Made by a program: the position numbers and the translations under genes. Source: an uncultured Alphaproteobacteria bacterium (GTDB lineage Bacteria > Pseudomonadota > Alphaproteobacteria > Thalassobaculales > Thalassobaculaceae). From it: a stretch of DNA of 41,981 nt. The notes under the pieces are model-generated. The model had not been told where the DNA came from. It saw nothing but the letters and a program-made list of their open reading frames with translations, and made no database searches. Positions 20,688-29,177 of this stretch are shown here, piece after piece (the stretch's first letter is position 1; each line of letters begins with the position of its first letter). Location: contig CALIMD010000152.1 in the NCBI GenBank assembly GCA_938028645.1, forward strand, positions 1 to 41,981. The letters run 5' to 3'.

Positions 20688-20879
20688 TTTAATCCAACGA
20701 GTTTACTTTTGGTCTTAATCCACATTATTTGTGAATGGCAATCAATGTATAGTGCGTTTTTCAGAACACTTATATTATACTTCTATTGTAGATTGACTAC
20801 ACAACGTCTGAAGAAAAGAAAGATTTTTGTCTCTTATTGCTATAAGTTTCCTTTAATTCAAAAAACCAAGGTCAAATTA

Positions 20880-21953
20880 ATGACTAGTATCCCATTCAAG
20901 ACAGTAATTGAGAAACTCGATAATGATAGAGTATTATTAGTGGGTGGTGGAGGATTTATAGGACACAATCTTGCTTTGGAATTAAGGCGCCATGATATAA
21001 CGACGATGGTCGTTGATAATATGATGGTCAATAGCCTAGTTGACAACACATTTCACGACAACGGCGATGTATCAAAGCGAGACCTGAATTTACATTTTTT
21101 GATGAGCCGCTTTGAGCTAATGCGGGAACTTGGAGTAGAGTTTAGAAATTGCGATGCTAGAAATTTCTCTGATTTAGCGAGTGTATTTAGGGATTTTGGT
21201 CCCACTAAAATTGTACATCTAGCAGCTATTGCTAGCGCGGTTGAAGCCCGTAAAAACCCTGGAATGTGTTTTGATCTTCAACTTACAACATTGCGAAATG
21301 TTCTAGAGTTGTGCCGGTTGGGGCACGCTGACGTATCTACGTTAATGTTCCTTAGCTCGAGCACGGTATATGGCGATTTCATAGATGAATGGGTTGATGA
21401 AACGACCCGTCCAAGACCAAGGGGAATTTATGCGAATACTAAATATATGGGAGAAAGGTTAGTTCGGACATATTGTCATACTAATGGTTTGGGTACTTGT
21501 ATAATAAGGCCGAGCGCCCTTTATGGAGAAAGATGTGTAAGTAGGCGGGTTAGCCAGGCATTTATAGAAAATGCTTTAGCAGGAAAGCCTCTTCGCTTAG
21601 AAGGTGGCGGTAACGGTCTTCTAGACTTTACTTATATTGATGACCTTGTGAGCGGAATGATTAGGGCACTAGCATTGCATGGTGGCCATGGTGCATCAGA
21701 TACTTTCAATCTGACTTATGGAAACGCTAGAAGTATAGCGGAATTAGCAAGTATCGTTAAAGAGATATTACCTAACGCTAGATTAGAAAATAGTCCAAAA
21801 GCTGTCGATAAACCTGTCCGTGGAACGTTACGAATGGATAAAGCGCGGCAAAGTCTTGGGTTCTATCCAAAATGGTCCATTGAAGAAGGATATAAAAAAT
21901 ATTGTGAATGGTATGTGCGAGAGTGGGAGAAAGTCGTGAGGACGAATGCATGA
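20880..21953 (+). CDS. NAD-dependent sugar epimerase/dehydratase (extended SDR)
   Basis: VLLVGGGGFIGHNL Rossmann motif, catalytic YANTKYMGE (YxxxK), SSSTVYG. The ATG at 20880 (MTSIPFK...) is preferred, because the 57 codons from 20709 look non-proteinaceous. Confidence 0.85.
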   Translation: MTSIPFKTVIEKLDNDRVLLVGGGGFIGHNLALELRRHDITTMVVDNMMVNSLVDNTFHDNGDVSKRDLNLHFLMSRFELMRELGVEFRNCDARNFSDLASVFRDFGPTKIVHLAAIASAVEARKNPGMCFDLQLTTLRNVLELCRLGHADVSTLMFLSSSTVYGDFIDEWVDETTRPRPRGIYANTKYMGERLVRTYCHTNGLGTCIIRPSALYGERCVSRRVSQAFIENALAGKPLRLEGGGNGLLDFTYIDDLVSGMIRALALHGGHGASDTFNLTYGNARSIAELASIVKEILPNARLENSPKAVDKPVRGTLRMDKARQSLGFYPKWSIEEGYKKYCEWYVREWEKVVRTNA

Positions 21954-22642
21954 CATCTGGGGTCTTGGTTTTTTCTCGCCTTAATTCAACTCGCCTGCCT
22001 GGCAAGGCATTAATAAAAATCGCCGGGATAACATTGGTTGATAGAGTTCTTGACAAACTTGAGGGAGTTATAGGGACATCGAGGACTATAGTCGCCACAA
22101 CAGAAAGTTATTTGGATGACCCTTTAGTCGCCCATCTAGAAACTCGTGGTATCGATGTTTTTCGTGGCTCTATTGATGATGTAGCGCTAAGAGCAGTTTG
22201 CTGTGCTAGAGATAATGGCCTGGATCATTTTGTTCGTGTGAGCGGTGATAGCCCTTTCATAGACTCAAATCTTATTAATAAAGCACTTTTAGAATATCAA
22301 AATGGGTGTTTTGACTTAGTAACAAATGTTTTCCCGAGAAGTTTTCCTAGTGGCGCTAGTGTTGAGGTCATTGGCACTTCATCACTGAAAAGATTACTGA
22401 GTTTAACCCAAGATCCATACGACCGAGAGCACGTGACTCCCTATTTTTATAAAAACCCGGACAATTTTAGAATAAAAAACTTCTTTTCGGATAATAAGAA
22501 ATATCATGGAGTAAACTTAGCGATAGACACCCCAGAAGACTTGAGGCGTGTAACGTGGATGCTGGAAACATTTGGAGAACGCCTCGATTTAAATCGTGCA
22601 GCAGAAAAGTGGCTGCTTTGGGAGCGCAATGATGCAATTTAG
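21950..22642 (+). CDS. cytidylyltransferase, SpsF / acylneuraminate cytidylyltransferase-like family
   Basis: N-terminal VLVFSRLNSTRLPGKAL and RVSGDSPFID match the CTP-transferase-3/SpsF pattern. The ATG overlaps the epimerase stop (ATGA). Confidence 0.75.
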   Translation: MTSGVLVFSRLNSTRLPGKALIKIAGITLVDRVLDKLEGVIGTSRTIVATTESYLDDPLVAHLETRGIDVFRGSIDDVALRAVCCARDNGLDHFVRVSGDSPFIDSNLINKALLEYQNGCFDLVTNVFPRSFPSGASVEVIGTSSLKRLLSLTQDPYDREHVTPYFYKNPDNFRIKNFFSDNKKYHGVNLAIDTPEDLRRVTWMLETFGERLDLNRAAEKWLLWERNDAI

Positions 22643-23009
22643 AAAAATTGATCCCCCACGGAAATTTAAAGTAGGAGATTCCGATGCTCCAATTCAATTG
22701 TCACACGTGATGGACATAAACCTAGGTCCGGACGAACAGGTTACTTTTACCGCCAAAAATGGAGGTGAGTTTGATGTTTGCCGGAAATCGTGGGGATATT
22801 ATGCTACGCCATCAATCAATGATAGGCTTATACGATTTGGGTACAGAACTTGTTTAGTGAAAAGTGACAACAGGCATTATATACATTTGGTCGAAAAAGA
22901 TAAAATAGATGAGTATTTGGAATATTTGATAATACAGAATATGAAAGTTATACAATGGTTAGATGAGATAATTCCTGAGCTCAATGATCATGAGAAGGTT
23001 AAACAGTGA
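22629..23009 (+). CDS. hypothetical protein (126 aa), no family recognised
   Basis: The intact ORF is translationally coupled on both sides: a 14-nt overlap with the upstream gene and a GTGA overlap with the downstream methyltransferase. The sequence MMQFRKIDPPRKFKVGDSD...WGYYATPSINDRLIRFGYRTCLV has no TM segment or signal peptide. Confidence 0.55.
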   Translation: MMQFRKIDPPRKFKVGDSDAPIQLSHVMDINLGPDEQVTFTAKNGGEFDVCRKSWGYYATPSINDRLIRFGYRTCLVKSDNRHYIHLVEKDKIDEYLEYLIIQNMKVIQWLDEIIPELNDHEKVKQ

Positions 23010-23776
23010 TATCAAAAAGAAAGACTCGTCAGGATTTTATGGAGGAGTGGTGGGATGAGTCTTTTAAAGAACAGATTGATCAAAATGCATACAACACCGC
23101 ACCCGTAGAGGCCTTAGTCCGATTTACCTCTCATTTCTTGCGAGCTCGTTATGAAAATCCTGAACAAATAAAACAGCTGAAATTTTTAGAGATAGGTTGT
23201 GGTGCAGGTGCGAATTTGATCTGGTTGGCGGAAAAGGGTATTCAACCAAACGGCATCGACATATCTCAAAAGGCTCTCGGTCTGTGTAAGTATCACTTTC
23301 AAAAAAACCAGTTGGAACATCGGTTAGGAGATTTGAAGCATTGCTCTGCCACTTCTCTTCCTTTTGAAAAAGATAGCTTTGATGGAGTACTGGAATCCTG
23401 TGTTTTCCAACATCTAAATGAAATAGATAGGAAAAAAGCCTTCCAGGAAACTGTGAGGGTATTAAAGCCCGGCGGCGTTTTTATAGGACACATGCTAAGC
23501 CAAAATCATACAACGTATCAATTGAACAAGGGAAGTATTAAAGAAACCGACCCAGGTACGTTGGTTCTCAAATCAGAAGAGGCAAAAAACAAAATTAATC
23601 TTGAGTCTATTGGCCTCTCACATTTTTTTTCAAAAGATGAATACACGGGTTTGTTAGATGGTTGTTCTCTTATAGACCCTTGCGAAACGACATATGAACT
23701 GCCGTTAGAAGAAGCTGCGCGGCGTGGCTACAAAAATTATTGCCAAGCAATGTGGATTGTTTACGCGATAAAATAG
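23006..23776 (+). CDS. class I SAM-dependent methyltransferase
   Basis: Motif I FLEIGCGAGANLIWLA, post-I D, and VLKPGGVFIGH. GTG start overlaps the preceding stop. Confidence 0.8.
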   Translation: MISKRKTRQDFMEEWWDESFKEQIDQNAYNTAPVEALVRFTSHFLRARYENPEQIKQLKFLEIGCGAGANLIWLAEKGIQPNGIDISQKALGLCKYHFQKNQLEHRLGDLKHCSATSLPFEKDSFDGVLESCVFQHLNEIDRKKAFQETVRVLKPGGVFIGHMLSQNHTTYQLNKGSIKETDPGTLVLKSEEAKNKINLESIGLSHFFSKDEYTGLLDGCSLIDPCETTYELPLEEAARRGYKNYCQAMWIVYAIK

Positions 23777-23952
23777 TCTCTTTTTAAACCTTTAAAAAAG
23801 ATTACTTTCACAAGTTCTCTTGATCTGCATATTGCTTAGGTGAATAGTGACTTATGGTATAAAAAATTCAGAACAATATTTTATCTATAGGTTAATTTCA
23901 TTTTAGTAACTCTAAAAAAAATTGTATTAAGTCTCAGCATAGGAGAAATCAA

Positions 23953-24843
23953 ATGGCGCAAATTGGATTTATTGGATTAGGCAATATGGGGGGGCCAATG
24001 GTGCGCAACCTGATTAAAGCAGGGCACTCTCTGAAGGTATTTGATTTATCGGAAGAGGCGATAAATTTTGCGGTTCAGTCTGGAGCAACAGCTGCTTCTT
24101 CAGTCAAGGACGCAGCTGTTGGAGTTGAGTTTGTAGTGACCATGCTACCTGTTGGTGCCAACGTTAAAGAGGTTTTTATGGACGATGGAGTCCTCGCAGC
24201 TGCTGATCCCGGAACGGTAATGATTGACTCATCCACTATCGATGTTGAAACGGCACAAGCCGCGCATGCAGCAGCGAAAGCGGCTGGTTTTGATATGATT
24301 GATGCGCCGGTTTCAGGTGGGGTAACTGGTGCTGACGCAGGAACGCTAACTTTTATGTGTGGAGGGGAGAAAGGGTCCTTTGAAAAAGCAAAACCAATCT
24401 TGGAGGCCATGGGTAAGAATTTGGTTCATTGCGGAGACGCAGGGTTAGGACAAGTAACAAAAATTTGTAACAATATGCTGGCAGGTATTAATGCTCTTGC
24501 TGCGGCAGAAGCGATGGTTATGGGTGAACGCTTGGGTGTTCCCCGGGAAACATTATATAACGTTATCTCCACTTCTACCGGAAACTCTCTCTATTTTGAG
24601 AATTTTAATCCGATGCCAGGTGTATGTTCTGGTTCTGCAGCAAATAATAATTTTAAACCAGGTTTCATGGCAAAGTTGATGCTGAAAGATTTGCGATTGT
24701 CCCAGTCAGCTGCTCAGTCATCAAGTACTGCAACGCCGTTGGGAGCTGCCGCAACTGCAGCTTTTCAACATCTAATTGAGAATGGATTTGGAGATTTGGA
24801 TACTACAAGTATCATCAAGCTTATAGACCCTGATGTTAAATAA
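23953..24843 (+). CDS. mmsB: 3-hydroxyisobutyrate dehydrogenase
   Basis: IGFIGLGNMGGPM, DAPVSGG and the GxxGxGxxxKxxNN pattern (GLGQVTKICNNML). AGGAGA lies 7 nt upstream of the ATG. Confidence 0.85.
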   Translation: MAQIGFIGLGNMGGPMVRNLIKAGHSLKVFDLSEEAINFAVQSGATAASSVKDAAVGVEFVVTMLPVGANVKEVFMDDGVLAAADPGTVMIDSSTIDVETAQAAHAAAKAAGFDMIDAPVSGGVTGADAGTLTFMCGGEKGSFEKAKPILEAMGKNLVHCGDAGLGQVTKICNNMLAGINALAAAEAMVMGERLGVPRETLYNVISTSTGNSLYFENFNPMPGVCSGSAANNNFKPGFMAKLMLKDLRLSQSAAQSSSTATPLGAAATAAFQHLIENGFGDLDTTSIIKLIDPDVK

Positions 24844-24873
24844 ATGGAAAATACTGTAGGAGATAATTAGGTT

Positions 24874-26016
24874 ATGTCATCGCTATCGCATTTAAAAGTT
24901 TTGGATCTAACAAGCCATCTCTCAGGGCCGTATTGCGCAATGATTTTAGCAGACCATGGTGCGGATGTAGTTAAAATCGAAAACCCAAAGGACGGCGATC
25001 AGCTTCGCAAAACACCCCCTTTCCAGGATGGGGAAAGCGCACCATTCATGTTGTGGAATAGAAACAAACGCTCGGTGACTCTAAATTTGAAAGATGAAAA
25101 GGATCTCAAATTGTTGCTCAAAATGGTCACAGTAGCTGATGTGATGATTGAAAACTTCAAACCGGGAACGGCCAAACGGCTGGGTATTGACTATGAATCA
25201 ATTTCCAAAATAAATGCGACTTTAATTTATTGTTCTATATCCGGATTTGGTCAAACGGGGCCATATGCGCCGAGAGGTGGATTTGACCTAATTGCATGCG
25301 GAATGTCTGGCTTAATGTCAATAAATGGGCCGCCAGAGGGGCCTCCTTATAGGATCCCAATGCCAGTATCCGATGTGTGTGGTGGAATGAATGGCGCTAT
25401 TGGGGTTTTAACCGCTTTGGCAGCTCGGACGTATACGGGCAAGGGACAGCACGTTGATACAAGTCTCTATGAGTCGGGTATATCTTTGGGGGTGTATGAG
25501 GCCGCGAACGTATTTGCAAACGGAGAGGTTCCTGAGCGTCTAGGACAGGCGCATCGTGGCAGCGCTCCATATCAGCTTTTCCCAACAAGTGATGGTTATG
25601 TGACAGTTGGAGGTGCGCAGGATAATTTTTGGCGGGGAACATGCAAGATTTTAAAATGCGAGCATCTGTTGGAGGACGCGAGATTTAAATCTAAAGCAGA
25701 CCGAGTGCTGAATAATAAAGAATTAGTTCCTGAGCTAGAAGTTTTCTTCAAGCGTCAATCCACAGATAAGCTTTGTAAAGCATTCGATGAGGCTGGAATT
25801 CCCGCAGGACCTGTGATGAATCATGTGGAAGTCTTTAATGACCCACAAACTATTGCCCGTGAAATGGTTGTCGAAGTAGAGCATACTAAAATAGGTAAAA
25901 TGAAAACCATTGGGGTTCCTGTTAAACTATCTGATACGCCTGCAAAAATTTCGAAAGCTGCCCCACTTTTGGGAGAGCATAATGATGAAGTTTTAGAAGA
26001 TTGGTTCATCACATAA
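24874..26016 (+). CDS. CaiB/BaiF family III CoA-transferase
   Basis: LKVLDLTSHLSGPYCAMILADHGADVVKIE N-terminus, a catalytic Asp region GFDLIACGMSGLM, 380 aa. Confidence 0.85.
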   Translation: MSSLSHLKVLDLTSHLSGPYCAMILADHGADVVKIENPKDGDQLRKTPPFQDGESAPFMLWNRNKRSVTLNLKDEKDLKLLLKMVTVADVMIENFKPGTAKRLGIDYESISKINATLIYCSISGFGQTGPYAPRGGFDLIACGMSGLMSINGPPEGPPYRIPMPVSDVCGGMNGAIGVLTALAARTYTGKGQHVDTSLYESGISLGVYEAANVFANGEVPERLGQAHRGSAPYQLFPTSDGYVTVGGAQDNFWRGTCKILKCEHLLEDARFKSKADRVLNNKELVPELEVFFKRQSTDKLCKAFDEAGIPAGPVMNHVEVFNDPQTIAREMVVEVEHTKIGKMKTIGVPVKLSDTPAKISKAAPLLGEHNDEVLEDWFIT

Positions 26017-26079
26017 ATCAATGGCACATATTTTTAGGGTCAAGCTCATATGATTTTGTGCTGAAATTGGAGTTTAATA

Positions 26080-26337
26080 ATGGCAGTTGTAGAGATCTAT
26101 TCGTCGATGTGGTGCCCATTTTGTCATAGGGCTAAGAGGTTGCTGAATGACAAAGGAGTTGATTTCAAAGAAATCGATGTGGGCATCAATTCTAAAATGA
26201 GAGAAGAAATGTTACATAGGTCAGATGGACGCTATACTGTTCCTCAAATTTTTATAGATGGTTTGGGCATAGGTGGCTCTGACGAATTAGCTGATTTAGA
26301 TAATAGTGGAAAATTAGATTCAATGTTGGATCTATAA
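26080..26337 (+). CDS. grxC: glutaredoxin 3
   Basis: 85 aa with the CPFC active site, TVPQIFI and GGSDEL motifs. Confidence 0.9.
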   Translation: MAVVEIYSSMWCPFCHRAKRLLNDKGVDFKEIDVGINSKMREEMLHRSDGRYTVPQIFIDGLGIGGSDELADLDNSGKLDSMLDL

Positions 26338-26358
26338 TATGTTGAAAAGAAACTTTTT

Positions 26359-27183
26359 ATGTCAGTAGTAAAAATTGCTTGTATCCAGACTAACTCTACT
26401 CCTGAGCCTGATGAAAATATAGCTTCAGTTAGCGATCTTATTAGGCAAGCAAGTGCTTCAGGCGCGCAGATTATTGCCACACCAGAGGTTGTAGGCATGC
26501 TCGAGCCCAATAGAGCTTCAGCACTATCAAAAGCAGAGCCGGAGGAAGCCCATAGGGTCTTGAGAGCTTTTTGCGAACTGGCTTGTGATCTTGATATTTG
26601 GCTACTAATTGGTTCAATTTCAGTAAAAGTATCAACAACTAAATTATCAAACCGTAGCTTTCTGATTAATTCAAATGGGAAAATAGTAGCTAAATATTCA
26701 AAAATTCATATGTTTGATGTTGAGGTCGGCGATGGTAATCAATACATGGAATCAAAAACATATGAACCTGGAACTGAAGCAGTAGTTGTCGATACCCCGT
26801 GGGGGCTTATGGGATTAACTATCTGCTACGATATTCGTTTTCCACATTTATTTAGAGATTTAGCTAAAGCAGGTGCGAGGATTATTTTTTCACCTGCTGC
26901 TTTCACTAGAGTAACTGGAGAGGCTCACTGGCATATTTTACAACGCGCTAGAGCGATAGAGAACGGCTGTTTTATTGTATCTCCAGCTCAAGTTGGGATG
27001 CATGCTGATGCTCGTCAAACATATGGCCACTCATTAATAGTAGACCCATGGGGAAGTGTCTTAGCTGATGGGGGGACTACCGTTGGTTACATTACGGCTG
27101 ATATCGATTTGAGTTTGGTGCAGGTATCTCAAAATAAGGTTCCATCGCTTTTGAATGATCGTTACTACACAAAAGCTTTCTGA
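26359..27183 (+). CDS. carbon-nitrogen hydrolase family protein (Nit/omega-amidase-like)
   Basis: Glu-Lys-Cys triad context: TPE..., KIHMFD, LTICYDIRFP. 274 aa. Confidence 0.85.
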   Translation: MSVVKIACIQTNSTPEPDENIASVSDLIRQASASGAQIIATPEVVGMLEPNRASALSKAEPEEAHRVLRAFCELACDLDIWLLIGSISVKVSTTKLSNRSFLINSNGKIVAKYSKIHMFDVEVGDGNQYMESKTYEPGTEAVVVDTPWGLMGLTICYDIRFPHLFRDLAKAGARIIFSPAAFTRVTGEAHWHILQRARAIENGCFIVSPAQVGMHADARQTYGHSLIVDPWGSVLADGGTTVGYITADIDLSLVQVSQNKVPSLLNDRYYTKAF

Positions 27184-27187
27184 AATA

Positions 27188-28138
27188 TCAAATAAGTTTA
27201 TTATGGGTCATGTTTACAAATTTGGATCGACGGCTTTCGCATAAACTAGATTTTTGTATGTTGGATAGTTCTTTAAGATTAGTTTCTATCGCATCGCCCA
27301 AGTTATCGAGGGTACTTTTGTGATTTCTGTGGGCTGCACCCAAGGGTTCTTTAACTATTTCATCAATAATGCCCAACGAATAGAGGTCTTGAGCGGTCAG
27401 GCGTAAAGCATTTGCTGCTTCCGTCGCATTTTTACCGCTTCTCCAAAGAATAGAAGCACAACCTTCTGGAGAAATGACCGAATAAATAGAGTGTTCAAGC
27501 ATCAAAACGCGGTCGGTTGTTGCTAAGGCAACGGCTCCTCCTGAACCACCTTCACCTAATATTACAGCTACGGTTGGGACATTAACTTTCAAGCTCATTT
27601 CTATTGATTTTGCTATAGCTTCTGCTTGCCCTCTCTCTTCTGCACCAATACCGGGATAAGCGCCTGCGGTATCAATGAATGTTAAAATTGGTAGATCAAA
27701 TCGATCGGCTATTTCCATAAACCGTTTTGCTTTCCTGTAACCTTCCGGCTTGGCCATACCAAAGTTAGTCTCTAAACGTTGTTGAGTTGTATTTCCTTTT
27801 TCTGTTCCAATCACCATTACCGAATAATCCCTAAATCGGGCTAAACCACCATTAATGGCTTTGTCTTCAGAGAAACTGCGATCCCCTGCTAAAGCTACAA
27901 AGTCATTGAGGAGATAATTCGCTACTTCTCCGAAATGAGGTCTATTTGGATGGCGAGCAACCTGCACTTTTTGCCAGGGAGTGAGTTTTTCATAAATAGT
28001 TTTCAACTGACGTTCGGCTTTGGTTTGCAATTTACTAATTTCGGCCACGATATCCGTGTCGCTATTGCTAGACATGTGCCTTAATTCTTCGATTTTTCCT
28101 TCGAATTCGGCTACTTGCTTCTCAAAATCAAGAAACAC
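27188..28138 (-). CDS. accA: acetyl-CoA carboxylase carboxyltransferase subunit alpha
   Basis: FIDTAGAYPGIGAEERGQAEAIAKS and GEGGSGGALA motifs, 316 aa. Confidence 0.95.
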   Translation of the reverse strand: MFLDFEKQVAEFEGKIEELRHMSSNSDTDIVAEISKLQTKAERQLKTIYEKLTPWQKVQVARHPNRPHFGEVANYLLNDFVALAGDRSFSEDKAINGGLARFRDYSVMVIGTEKGNTTQQRLETNFGMAKPEGYRKAKRFMEIADRFDLPILTFIDTAGAYPGIGAEERGQAEAIAKSIEMSLKVNVPTVAVILGEGGSGGAVALATTDRVLMLEHSIYSVISPEGCASILWRSGKNATEAANALRLTAQDLYSLGIIDEIVKEPLGAAHRNHKSTLDNLGDAIETNLKELSNIQKSSLCESRRSKFVNMTHNKLI

Positions 28139-28200
28139 TTCTTTATCACTCCTTATTTAAGCAACTTAATATGGTAATTCTTTTTTGAACCAAAAGCTAA

Positions 28201-29139
28201 TCAATTATTACTAGCCGTATAGTCTTTTTTGGCTAATGGGTGGTGACTTGAAACGACAGAGATCAGTCGTTTACTTAGTACATGGGTATAAATTTGTGTC
28301 GTAGATATATCGGCGTGTCCAAGCATCTTCTGTAAGCTTCGAAGGTCGGCTCCATGGTCCAATAAGTGAGTGGCAAACGCGTGTCGTAATACATGTGGTG
28401 ACACTTTTTGAGGATTGATATTTGAAGCTATTGCAAGATCTTTTAAAAGTTGACCCACTCTTCGTCGAGTAAGAAACCCCTCTTTGGACCGAGATGGGAA
28501 TAAAAATTTGGATTCATGATTAGACTTCAAAAAAACGTGACGAACCTCTCGATAGGCATTGATAGAATTTATAGCAGACATGGTTAGTGGAACTAGACGC
28601 TCTTTTCCACCTTTGCCTCGCACCAATAAAATATTTTGATTCTGGGATAAGGCCGTGTTTGGTAGGCTGATCAATTCAGAGACTCGCAACCCCGCAGCAT
28701 AAACGATTTCAAGCAAGCAAACTAATCTGATGCCCTCAGGCCCCACCATGTGATTTGCTTGATCAAAAAGTTGCTCTATTTCTTCCTCTGATAATAATTT
28801 TGGCAGCGATTTAATTTGTCTAGGCCCATTTACGTTGTTAGTTGTATTATCGCTTCTATAGTTTTCGGATTGAAGAAAAAGAAAAAATTGTCTAAGGGAG
28901 GATAACCGGCGAGTTGCCGTTCTTGGATTTAAGCCGTTTTTATTCAAGTATTTTATATAATTGGCGATACTGTCCTTGGAACAACTCTCAATTTTACTAT
29001 CAATCTCGTTTTCAATTAGATATTTTTTAAAGTGAGAAATGTCATTTAAATAAGCTGAAACGGTATTTACCGTGGCTCCTCGTTCGGCCACTAACATGTT
29101 TAAAAAACTATCTGTAAGTGGATTAACCGATTTTTCCAA
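28201..29139 (-). CDS. xerD: site-specific tyrosine recombinase XerD
   Basis: C-terminal HVLRHAFATHLLDHGADLRSLQKMLGHADISTTQIYTHV closely matches the XerD catalytic region. The N-terminal SAM-like domain is present. Confidence 0.9.
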   Translation of the reverse strand: MEKSVNPLTDSFLNMLVAERGATVNTVSAYLNDISHFKKYLIENEIDSKIESCSKDSIANYIKYLNKNGLNPRTATRRLSSLRQFFLFLQSENYRSDNTTNNVNGPRQIKSLPKLLSEEEIEQLFDQANHMVGPEGIRLVCLLEIVYAAGLRVSELISLPNTALSQNQNILLVRGKGGKERLVPLTMSAINSINAYREVRHVFLKSNHESKFLFPSRSKEGFLTRRRVGQLLKDLAIASNINPQKVSPHVLRHAFATHLLDHGADLRSLQKMLGHADISTTQIYTHVLSKRLISVVSSHHPLAKKDYTASNN

Positions 29140-29177
29140 TTGTATTACTCGATCATTATCTAATGTTATAAAATATC

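Noticed and set aside
20689-20722. 8-nt direct repeat TTAATCCA (20689-20696 and 20715-20722) in the divergent promoter spacer of the cassette
   Set aside because: An 8-mer recurring once in a 192-nt AT-rich spacer is within chance expectation, and the first copy overlaps the RBS region of the asnB-like gene. That is insufficient to call an operator.
20709-20879. Longer N-terminus for the epimerase as given in the ORF track (start 20709)
   Set aside because: The extra 57 residues (MVLIHIICEWQSMYSAFF...) precede the Rossmann fold, are Cys/Phe/Tyr-rich, and would occupy nearly the whole divergent promoter spacer. The ATG at 20880, with upstream AAGG, is preferred.
23780-23799. Perfect palindrome CTTTTTAAA-CC-TTTAAAAAG just after the methyltransferase stop as a terminator
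   Set aside because: The stem is entirely A/T, leaves only a 2-4 nt loop, and has no G/C clamp. It is too weak to call as an intrinsic terminator, though it could still mark the cassette's 3' end.
28201-29139. Tyrosine recombinase as a marker of an integrated mobile element
   Set aside because: The catalytic region matches chromosomal XerD, the gene sits in a core neighbourhood (accA, aroK-aroB), and I saw no flanking direct or inverted repeats, tRNA target or phage/IS genes.
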